The notes below the pieces were generated by a model. The model saw nothing but the letters and a program-made list of their open reading frames with translations. It did not search any database and was not told where the DNA came from. 64,000 nt of DNA, from the NCBI GenBank assembly GCA_051362555.1, contig CM120643.1, positions 9,362,001-9,426,000 on the forward strand, given 5' to 3'. Positions 52,446 to 64,000 of the stretch are shown one piece after another. The DNA comes from Lingula anatina. Its lineage: Eukaryota; Animalia; Brachiopoda. The position numbers were made by a program, and so were the translations under genes. Numbering within the stretch: position 1 is the stretch's first letter; each line of letters starts with the position of its first letter.

Positions 52446-55400
52446 TGTGCAGTAACTATTGCGGCCTAACTTATTCTGAACGACCCTTAAATGTTAGCAT
52501 AGTAACCATAATTCATATTTTTATGACTAAACTACAAATGTGCAACAGCCAAGGTGCGTTTTTTGCACACATATATTACCCAAGTTCGCAGTTACTTTAC
52601 TGTTCTCACTCTTGCTATACTTACCCAGCTTTCGCCAGCTACCCTCTACCCACTGCGGAACCTATGGGATGTATGAAAAGCGTTCCAGACTTGAAGAAAC
52701 GCCAGATTGGTTCGCACCTGTGTGCGTGTGTTTCGTAACAACATTCCCGCATTACAACACGAGAACTACTAAATGATCTGCGCCAGCAAAATCATAAGGA
52801 TTCTAACCATTCCACCGAAATTGGTATATCACCTCACTAACACCTGTTTCAACAGTTTTGTACTAACTTTATTTCGACCATGAGGTTTATTTAGTTTCGT
52901 AATTCCAACCGTTGCAAATAAGAAGATGTGATTGCACTCCTGAGCATAATTTCATAGGTGCTTGTTTCACATTGAATTCAAATCTATACACAGTCAAACT
53001 GTGCTCGTTGGACAAGTATCTTACACTCTTGGCAGTTCAAAACATTCTCAGTTAGGGGTTACTGACACGAACCAAAGCCAAAGGTTAGAACCCCTTTGTC
53101 AGAAGTATACCACCAGAGGTGTGAACTTTTCAGAAAATTTACCGTTATCGTTCCGCCAGATAAACATTTGGGAATTTAAAGGTTAACCACCGCCAGAATA
53201 TAAATTTTAGAAGAACGATGATACGAAAAAAAAACTTGTTCAAACGTCCCTATAATTAAATCTAAAATAAACTTTGAGATATTAGGGACAATTTACTGGC
53301 TCCAAATGCTCCATTAGCAAGAATTTGTATTAACTTTTGGATATAATCCCCTCGATGACCAGTATCAATTTTACCCATTGAAAAAAGGTGAAAAATCCGT
53401 TACACGCGTTTCCAGACTTTAAATTCTGTCCATGTTTTTACCATTATGAGCTTAATGGACTTTGAACTTTGTTTACAATTTTTTATTCGTGTGGTGCTTA
53501 TCAATAGCAGAACGATCAATAATAAATTAAAAATCAATAATAAAAATGTTTCCTTTGACTTAGCATACCAGGTCCATATCGTTGAAAAGAAAAAGACACT
53601 ATACCTTATAAATATGTCTGATCTTCTCGCTATATATGTCCTTGTTAATATCCAGAATTCTTCTACAATAAGACCTAAGAGAATTATGATTTCAGGTTCC
53701 TCTTCACTGACTTATCCTCCTTAAACAAAGTCAATTATAAAACCGAATACTCAGCTTTCAGATCTTCACTCAGCTCAAACTCTTTATACCACCGGCAAAC
53801 GTAGAGCTATGACTTCCGGGTTTTCTCACAGGCCAATGACAGTCACTGATGCAAAGATGAATAATTACACAGGTAGCTAGAGTCGTGATTCAGGTCAATA
53901 AAACGCACGTAAAATATTCCATGAACCTGATCTGGCCTACCCGCAAGTAGGTGGCATAAGGGCATCTTCCATTTTCATTACACCGAAAACAGCCTTTCCA
54001 TGTCACTTTTTTAGGGCGGGGAAGGGGGGGGGGCAGTTATACGTATAGTTATTGGCATGGCCAGTTTCTTATATACAATATATTTAGCATTGGGTCTTTA
54101 TGTCTGTGTTCTAAAGCTGTGAAGAAATGTCTAGAAAATATTAAGCAAGTTGGGATATTTGCACTGGTGTTTTGTCGACCTCTTCCGTACAACAGGGTTC
54201 TTATACTTTCTCCTTTTACACGCGTTTCATCTTTATCAGTTTTGTCAGTTTTATTTTCAACTTCCATAATTTTGTCACGTTCCATTGAAACCACTTACTT
54301 GTATTTTCTCTTTGTATTGTAAGCAACCTTAGAAATAATGCTGACATACATGAAACAGAACCGAAAAGGTCAGTTGATAAAGCTTCATGCCATATGAAAA
54401 CTGACGGCCAGTTCATTTTCAGTTGTTTAAGCCATACCCAAAGCCTAGCTTAGTTTATTTGAAATGCTTAAATTTGTGCTTCAAACATTTTCACTGCAGT
54501 TCCTATGCACACTTCGGGGACACTTATATTACTATTACATAGGGTTCATAGACTATCAGATTAAATTTGTTAACTTTTCTCAGGGCATGTCAACTCCACG
54601 AAGAATATTTTGAGACCCGAGAAGTCCACTTGACTGAGAATGATGGCTTTTGCTACTTCATTGGTCGGCTTTATCCTTTGAAAAATTGTTTCTTGCAGTC
54701 GATTTCACTGTTCCCAGAAAATCTACTTTTCACGGGGAAATATCAATTCTGCGTCCAACGACGAGGACAATATTTGGGGCATATATTTCTAGGGCCATTA
54801 AATCTGAGTAAAACCTCGGACTTGGATTTAATACTTCATATATCTGCGTCTTTAAACCTCGTTAACGCGTAGTGTACATGAACAAATTTTGTGAAATGCT
54901 GTAGATTTTTACAAGCAACCTACGTAGCAGTGGCATTTTGGTAGGTCAACCGGCAATTAAAAGCCACCAGTAGTCTGCGAGTTGTCGTCACTTTGTCAAC
55001 ACATTCTAGATAACATTCAGTTAGCTAATTAGTCCATGCGCCTCAAGCGCTTCCCTAGCCGATTAAAAAAAGACTTAGTGATAGAACTGGGAGTTACCTT
55101 TTCACAAACACCTTGGTGTTAAATTACAAAGAGTGACGTCTCGCGGAGAGGGACATACGAAGACAAATTAATTGGTGTAAGAGTATTAAGTCATCAATAT
55201 CTTACCTGCTCATCATGTGCATTTACCTTTCCAACTGCCAGACAGCGTGGAACCCAATTTATCATTGATGAAGATTTTCTTTAATTGGATTCCACGTGGA
55301 AGTGCCTTAGATAACACTAATGAACAGGTTTGCTACTTACCTACCGCGTGTATTACAGAAGTTCAATTCAAGATAAGATGCTGCCAATCAAATGTGAAGG

Positions 55401-55500
55401 AGTCTCCGTTTATTAAATGATGCGAACCTGAAGATGGATTGCGTTTATATGACACACAGACAGACATCTGTGCCCCCCCCCACACACTTATTACAGACAC

Positions 55501-55537
<37 letters not shown>

Positions 55538-55647
55538 AGAGAGATTGTAGACGGACCTATGCCAGCATATACACTGCACTCTAGAAAAATCCATGTTTTT
55601 TATTGAATCTTTATCTGTTCATCTGCAGGTAATATTGTACGTTTATA

Positions 55648-55682
<35 letters not shown>
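55501..55682. repeat. (GT)n(GA)n and (GA)n microsatellites
   Basis: Direct observation at 55501-55544 and 55651-55682. Confidence 0.9.
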
Positions 55683-55684
<2 letters not shown>

Positions 55685-56369
55685 AAAAACAGTCTGATAA
55701 GACAGAAAGAGAAATGCCTCTTGGAAAATAAATTACACCCAACGCTCAGGTGTGCCAGTTTAAGTGCAGCAACTCTCCAGACGCTGACAAGATAAACACC
55801 GCAGAACGCATTATTCAACTCACTTTATACAAAACCCAATAAATCACCAACGACCGATTTAATTGATATATGGCAGGTGAGCAATCCCAGGCTTGGCTAG
55901 GCTGAGCAATGAGGCACCTGTTGATTGGAGTGCCAGCAAGAGATTGAAGAGAGTTATTTTGGCCAGCCAATTGACGTACTGAAACAATGGAAATTACGAC
56001 GAATAGGAAAATTAATTACATTTTGAGTTTATTATAATTGTACTAAAAAGGTGCTCATAAACTGCGTCGTTCCCTTTTTTATCGAATAAATCTGGCAAGT
56101 AGCCTTGAACGTTTATAGGCAGTTTATATAGACTTGACACGTCTTCCAAGATAAGCTTGACCCTTGAGCCAGCAAGATTTACGATGACACAGTGTTTATT
56201 CCATTACAGTTAGAAAGATAATCTTGCTTTTTTATCGGTACGTGAATAAAGTTGCATCGATTTTTAGTTTGTTGCATTCGACTTTTAGTAATTCTTTCTA
56301 AGGTTTTGATATCCGTACACAACTGAAAAGACAAGCTCGAGGTTTATGAGCCTCGGATTCCGTATGGAA

Positions 56370-56372
<3 letters not shown>

Positions 56373-56445
<73 letters not shown>
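56373..56445. repeat. (CA)n(TA)n compound microsatellite
   Basis: Direct observation. Confidence 0.95.
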
Positions 56446-56446
<1 letters not shown>

Positions 56447-57584
56447 CCTTAATACACGGCCGAGGTGATATTTGAACCCCCATCTTGGCACTTGGCACTT
56501 GACATTGAGCCTGACACTTATACATTTACATATGTGTTAAAGTCCCGAGTTTTAGTCTCCTTTCAACAAATGAACCTAGGAGGAAAGTGCTGACAAATTA
56601 CACAAAAGTTGTGGGACAGTATGCAAACATTGTGCGCAATATACACGTAGAAACGATGCAAACTCTTTTTTAAAAAATCCTCCTTCCTGAATTAGATTGC
56701 CGTTGGCACTGACAGCACGAGGAAGAAAATACCAGTTGAGCTTTCCTTTAAAAAGAACATTAACCTTTAAAGCTTATTACTAAAAGTTACTTCCCTAAAC
56801 TAGTTCAAAGGATGCCGTATTGCAAGGGCCATGTAATTAAATGAACAGTGCACGTGTTTTCCAAAATTTTTATTCCTTCCGAATAGAGGGAGTCCACAGT
56901 ATTCGATCTTCCTAAAGAATAATATGGGACATGGTTCATTTACAGTGGAAAGCTATGATCATATATGCTGATACGATTCATTACGTATTTAGCCTAGCCA
57001 ACCGTAATACCAAGTTTAAAGATCCGTTTATAAAGCCGATTGTTTGTGCAATGGGAAAACGAAATTGATGACAAAGTGCTGTGCACATTCTGACCAGCAG
57101 ATTTTTCATAACTTATAAATCATCAGTTTGGTTGACTTGGCAACGATTCGATATTACACTGTATAACATTGTTTCTGCCCTTCAGGAGTATCGTTGAAGA
57201 ACGTTCGCATGACATATCTTCTGCACGTTAACTGTCTAATTTGCTAGAGTGGCGGGTCTAATAAACCACTCTACAGTATGTTCTCAAGAAGGGAGCACTG
57301 GATTTAACTGCCTACTTTAAAACGGCATTTCCAACAGCAAGATTCTGTAGAAGTAGAATTGTCATTGTGCGTTTTGTAAATATAGCTGTGCACTACTAAT
57401 CTTATCCCATCGCATACATCTCAATCTAATAATCTGGTCGAGTGGGCTCTGTGTTACAATCAAACTCTGAAATTTTAATTTCTGAGAGGAATAGACCTTA
57501 AACGCCTCCCTCTTGTGCTGGGTAGAATATAAAAACGCTGGTGATTATGCGGGTACGTTGGAAAAAGAAATGAACTTGTTAATC

Positions 57585-57626
57585 TGTTAATCTGGTTGCA
57601 TTCAGCGAGAATCCCCGCGGAGTTAG
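57585..57626 (+). repeat. Dispersed repeat fragment, copy 2
   Basis: 36/42 identity to 52404-52445. Confidence 0.7.
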
Positions 57627-60600
57627 ATCGAACTACCTAGTACGATACTTTCATTGTGAACGCAACCTTAGAGGTAAGGATAAGAACCCGAGATAAAATT
57701 TTCCCTCGTGCTTTTTTGCCTTGGGCGTTAAAGACTGGCCACTTAATAAACTGAGAAAATCGCCAGTAATCCGTGTTATTAAGGTCAATTCTTCGAAGCC
57801 TGTTCATCTAAATGTGATACACGCCAGCTGCAAACTGTGGATAAAACCCTGGACCTGACAGGCATGATTATTTCAAAGATTCGTTTGTATGAAGAAATAG
57901 CTTTTCTCAAATGTGACTAAAATCGCACCAGGCACCAGCAATACAAGGCCCGTTTAATTGGTAGGTCTACCATTTTAGGAAATGGCACCAAAAAGTTTGT
58001 TGCCTACATGTACATGTATATACTCAAACAGAGTCAAATTTGCCGATTGCTGATAGATCACCAATGGATTCTATATGATTGTGTATTTCCAGTCGATAAT
58101 GTAGTGAGCCCAATAAACATTTTCATATTGGAGTTTTTATCATTTTCGTGCGGTGAGAACGCAAAGATGTCCAATGTTCACCTATCTTATTCAGAACGGC
58201 AAAAATCGACTGTCTTGCAAGATTCCCTCTTAAAAGTCTTCTCTAGTAAAGATGATTTCATGTCACACTGAATCACACAACAACCATTTATCTTGAGCCG
58301 GTTGTGTCATATTAACCCCTAGTTTGGAAACACGAAATAGAGATCTGTACTTGTACAAATCAGAATGTAAGACACAAAAAATTGAATTATTGTTCCATTA
58401 TACGGTTGGTATGTAAGTGCCGTAACGATGTGTGCAAATGTATTTTCAAAAGGGTTATGCATTGTTGTAATGCCAAGAGTTCAATAAGACAGCGAAAGCC
58501 AACAGCTAATGGACTTATAATCGTTACTGAGCCAAGGTAATTTCTTTGAGTATTAACCCACAGACCTGCTCATTGAAAAGCAAAAAACTTTCTCTTTCTC
58601 TTCAGCTTCAAAACTGCCTGATAATGCTAATTGGATAGAGTAAATATTATCTTCCTTCGCCAGTAATGTCTATCGAATCTTTTAAAGGCCGTTTATCGCT
58701 TCCGCTTAGTCAAAATTAAGGATAGACAAACCGTACCAAATTGTGTATCTTACAGAACAGAGCATGGGTATACAATATGGAAATGGATATGAACAAGTTT
58801 TATTTTCAAATATACTCTATTCTTTGCCGCCAATCTTCCTGAACATTTTTTTCTGTCAATCGGCTGATTCGTTTTCCCCATGATAGTAAAATAATTGGAT
58901 AACTTGATTAAAGTTATCAGTTGATAAATTTTGGCTCAATATTTCCTCTATCATTTTATCATTTTACCAGATACTCCTAAATCAATATGTGTGTCTTGAT
59001 CTACTTGAGTTTCATAGTATTGATTGTACATGTGACTTATACCCTACCAAGAATACAGCACCCATTACCGTTTTGTATTCAAAATGTACGTGTTTAAATT
59101 CCACAGGTGAGTTTTAACATGTCAAAACATGTGACTCAGAATGTCCGGAATGACACACCTTTTAAACTTTTTATTTCTGCACATCTTCCTGTCTTCCCTC
59201 AAGCTTCAAACAGACGTAATAGGTGTCTAAGCACTCCATTAACAAGCTACAGTAAAAGGGTTGCCCTTTGGTAATTTTCACCATTAAACGAATATCATTT
59301 CGTTTCACCATCAGCTTTACCTATCGTGTACTCACCGTGTTGCACTCCGTTCTGTCTGAACTTTTATCCACGAAATAAGGTGCCATAAATATGGGATTCA
59401 CTGTAATTTGGGCTGAATAATTCTGTTGGTTTCGGTATTTCAAATTGGCTGTGACTTTAACGTTTCATATTGCAGAACCACGACAGACAAAAATATCCAA
59501 AGCAGTCAATTCTCCCTGATATATCGAATAATTCGTGATTAGGTTAGAATCTCTCTCTTAAGTCAGCTACACCTAATTCAGCTAATGGTCTTGGCAGTTC
59601 ACGCGGAATACATGCTATCTCTGCAATGCCTTGGCTTTGGCTCTGTTCATTGACGGCCAAAAGTCAGCAACTGCTGCTAAAATAGAAACCATGACGGTTC
59701 GACAGTATAAACAAGTGATAGATTCTTGGATGTCCTAAAACACTGATTAATCAAAGAACCAAAGTCGTCTAGAAACACTCTGAAGAGATCAGCGGCAAAT
59801 GAACGCATAGATCACTATTACAACCGATGGTTTTGAAGAACGAGGTCACCGACTTTTGCACAAATGAAGATGTTGTGACTTAGACTGCTCCAAAGAGAGA
59901 TCACCAGTTAACTTTTACATTTGCATTTATAGCGCATCGTTCAAAAAGTGAAACCATCAATCAGATAATTATTCAAACAAATATTTGTACAGGCATAAAG
60001 ACTAACACGATTTAGTACTTGGAACTCTTTTATCATTATTGGCCTCAAAATTATCTTTGGTGAAAGTGTTTGACCAATATTGACTATGTGATCTCACTGA
60101 TTTGATTTGGAGTTCGACTTCGGCTTCGGATAAATTGTTCAAATTTAAAACTGAAGCCAACACTTTTGCCGCCGTCCACGTGTATAAGAATTGTACGTTT
60201 CACGAACAATTGATCTGCCGATCTGAAACCGCCTGTATACAGCTGCCCTATTTATATTTTATTGTCCTCTGAGAAAGGGCTTTTACCGACGCTCATTTTT
60301 AATAAGCAGTTGTTTATCAATCGATATATAACTATAAAATAAACTAAGAATAAAGACAAAAAGTCAAATCTCTGGCATGGGGGGAGGTGTGGGGGAGTAC
60401 AAAATACCGTTTACGAATTCACCAAAGGATTGACTTCTACATAACGGCCAGAATGTAAAGCTCACAGGAAAAGGGTCAGTGATGCTATAAACTGTTTTAT
60501 GGTCTCGTAAATGTAAAAAGTATCCGGTCCCTTAAGCATTCAAGACTAAGTTTTAGGAATGAAGACATTCAACACTGTTTTTAATTTGTTACTTTTCTTC

Positions 60601-63600
60601 GGCGTGCAATTTAGAAAGACTGGTAATAAGCCAAATACCGAACTTTTCTTTTAAAAAGGGTCGAACAAGAGGTGAGTTGTAACCAGGAAGCGCAAAAGGA
60701 AATATTGGCCCTTTAAAATGAGCCTTGCAAAGAGAAAAATTTCCATAAACGTAGAGTTATAAACGCAGAGTTATAAATATGCTGAGACTAATTCACGGAC
60801 ACCTTCTACGTAAGTAAACGTGGTTTGTGCAAAGTACGAGGTTTCGTGCGCCAAGGATATGTACCACAGGTGTAAATGAGGCCGGCAACTAGTGCATTCG
60901 AACATCATACCCGTATGCTTTAGAAAAATAACGTAACATATCGCACACTTTGATGAACATAGGAAATAAACACACGCAGAAGGTCCATCTGCAAACACGT
61001 GCATTGGACATCCTTAAAACAGCAGCCAGAAGCACGTGCCTGTCAGGTGATTCATGTGTAGGAAAAGAAAGTGCATGCAAACATTTCAAGTGTCTTGATT
61101 TGCAATGAAATTAGAAAATTAAAATCGTCATTAATCTGCGTTGGGTGGCTGCTCTTTTTTAATCCGAACTGACGCATTGGGAATACATCTGGGAGACCCT
61201 CTGACATTAAGATTCGATCAGGGTTTCGATGTTTTTTGTTACAATACTTTTTAATAGAAAAAATCAACGCTTTTTGAAACATTCCATAAAAGACATTTCA
61301 TAAATGACAAAATATCATCAGGTAAAGTTGAAAATCCATTATAACTTTAAGCATGCTTCAAAAGTATCTCCACTTCGTAAAACGCCAGACGCAAGTTCTA
61401 GATACTGTTGAGTGAACCAAATTCTGACCAACACATGTTCTTGTTGATTCAATTTTGTCTAATTCAAACGTGTTCGGTTTAAAGCAAGCACATGTTGAAA
61501 TGTAGATATCACACTTGCACCATAAGATGCACTTAGACACCAACGAGTTGTTATTTTCTACATTTTCGACCTTTGTTGCATGAACTCGAACTTATGTATG
61601 AACATTATTGTTTCATGTCTTTGTCTTGGAAAACATTTGCCAAGTGCTGAAAGACCCTTTTCGGCAATAAAGCATATTGCGTTACGTACATGTACATCTA
61701 CATAAATATTCCATGAGTTTATCAAAGGAAATTATGAAAGGGTTCCATTTGCCGACAAAGCATAAGGTTGTATGAACAAAAGGATGGTATAGTAGTATTG
61801 TTTTTAATACTGCCTGTGTTTGACAGTCAGAAGTACTAGGCACCGAATATTTGTGAATTTAGACAGGGTATTGTGGGCTGAAGTTACGATTAAAGACTGA
61901 AATGCAAACCAAAACAGTAATGGAACAATTTGAAATAATATGACTTCAAAGACCTGAAAGTGGCGCATCAATTTTCTCTTGTGTTTATATTTCCTGCTTT
62001 CTGAAGCATCAATTTTTAACAGTAAACATAAGCTGATAATGGAAATCTCTCTCTCTCTCTCTCATTATCTCTACTAAATATGCTATTTTTTCAGGACAGA
62101 GTCTGTACGCAAAATAAAAAGTATCTCTCATTTCAGTTACCGGAATAACTTACATCCGCTTTAAGATCGATTAAAAGTGTTCTTGTCCTAAAGCTTTCTT
62201 TTGTGTTGTGTGTTTTTTTAGTTTGACCAGGTTCTGATAACGGCAAATCAAACCTTCGACCTGATTTGGCCGCCTCGCTTGGCCAGTTCAACAACGGCGT
62301 CCTTTCCTCATTAGAAAACCAGTCACTGACTGACTTTCAGTCAGAAAGTCTCTCTGCTTGAAAGGGAAATTGTCCTTACAATGAATTGAAACTGACCAAT
62401 CAATCATATAACCTTAATTTACTTGGTCAGGCTATATCTAGATATTTGATTTAAGCTAATGTATATCATCTTAAAATGACAGAGGGATCAAGTCTAAATA
62501 TCTACAAATAGGGGCCCTACAGTGAACTGCAGATTTAAATCTACGTTTTGAAAATGGTTTCATGCCTTTCGTTCTAACAGTCTACTGACAACAAGGGAAA
62601 ATTGTGAAATGTCTAATAGCTAAATATTTTCAAAAAAGAGGACTTTCCATTAAGACATTCCGTAAATATAGGCCTTGTTACTAATTACGTTCCAATACAT
62701 GTCATATAAATTCGATCCTTCTATCCAAGACTTTTTAAATGGCTGAGTATCTCAGTGTTTAAGGAATATTTTTAAAGAAACAACAACGCTTACATGTAAC
62801 AACTCACAGTAAATGATCTAACTCAGTCCATCCTCTTGTGTACTACCCTGTGCTTATCTATGTTGGCAAAGTATCTGATAAGAATTCCGAAATTCATTTC
62901 TGTTTTGCAATTTCCTCGACAAAAAATCATTAATCCAACACGAAAAAAGGAAATACCCTTTCTCCTTTTTCTGTGATTGCATTGTCCCAGCAGCGTATAG
63001 TCAGCATACTTTCCTCATATGATTGACCAGTAAATAGATTTCTGATAAACTAATGATCCAAAGAGACCGCCTGGGTTCAATTTGTCAATTTAATGATTTC
63101 GGCCGGTGAAAAATCACTTACCGCCCGAAGTGGCTTTTAACATTTAGAATGGGTCTGCCTTGGCTAAATATTCGATCGTTCAGTCGATCCCAAAGTACAC
63201 GCGATGGAGCTGAACTGTAGGCACTGATCTATCACACTGTCATTTACGAGGACAATCGAGATGCAATGCCGGGAAAATATGGCTGCATTCACACCGCCCA
63301 CAGAAAGATCGAATCTCAGTCAGTCTGACGCAAGTAGTATTGCCACGTCAAGGATACATGCAGCACGCGTACGGATGGTCTCTTATAAGATTTTATTCCC
63401 CCTAACTACATTTGCGCGATGCGTGTACCGTGTATAACGGGATTAATTGCAATCTAATCTACTGTAACAGAGTTAAGTACGTACGTCATTTGGATTCGTT
63501 CGCATGCCAGTCTTTTGGGTTTGGAGCAAATGCAACCAAACGCTCTACATCATTCCATTCTGTTTTTTCAACGAATTAAGCACCCTTTTATCTATATAGT

Positions 63601-63762
63601 AGCGCCCGACATAACTTCCCGACAGAGACGCAGCATCATAGTTATAGCTTTTGAAATAACTGAATGTTGGTCTGTCATGCTTGGTATTTCAATCCCCGTT
63701 GCTGTGATCACCTACCGGCTTATATGACAGGCTATAACAAATGCACACACAAACGCAAGCGA

Positions 63763-63771
<9 letters not shown>

Positions 63772-63818
<47 letters not shown>
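63772..63818. repeat. (CA)n(GA)n compound microsatellite
   Basis: Direct observation. Confidence 0.95.
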
Positions 63819-64000
63819 TGAAAATGGGGCGCCGTTCCCCCACTTAATGCTCGGTACTAAAGAACCCTCACTGAACACGATGGGTAAGGTGGTAATTATG
63901 TTCATTTCGAGCCTACAAATGCAGCAGCACCTTATGTATGTTCAGAGGGAGTATGAAAGGTTCACGGAACCCAAAGTCCAGCTATTCATTGAAAGAAGAT

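Noticed and set aside
51770-53725. TTAA-bounded Kolobok-like segments
   Set aside because: Left and right ends do not form convincing TIRs.
1-64000. CRISPR arrays, tRNA/rRNA genes and prokaryotic operons
   Set aside because: No repeat-spacer arrays, cloverleafs or rRNA motifs were seen; the window is spliceosomal-intron eukaryotic DNA.

Overview
AT-rich, intron-rich animal genomic DNA with many microsatellites; the gene content fits an invertebrate, probably a lophotrochozoan (inference). Three protein-coding genes are supportable. (1) The 3' part of a kyphoscoliosis-peptidase/hillarin-like transglutaminase-fold gene (+, 5 exons at 76-4633, Cys-His-Asp triad intact, 5' end lies before the window). 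(2) A complete 13-exon ESRP/fusilli splicing-regulator gene (+, 13278-41296, 784 aa when I join the exons) with an N-terminal DnaQ-like domain and four, not three, qRRMs. (3) A class A peptide-type GPCR with an intronless CDS (-, 46101-47255). The most interesting signals are in the ESRP gene. Intron 3 is a 13.7-kb U12 (minor spliceosome) GT-AG intron. Inside it is a cluster of extra U11/U12-like signals that could define a poison exon. Tandem in-frame donors follow RRM3, and UGG-rich ESRP-type motifs lie next to a poly(A) signal in the gene's own 3' region. There are also non-autonomous DNA transposons and a degenerate insert bracketed by (TC)n tracts. All calls were made by eye; no searches were run.
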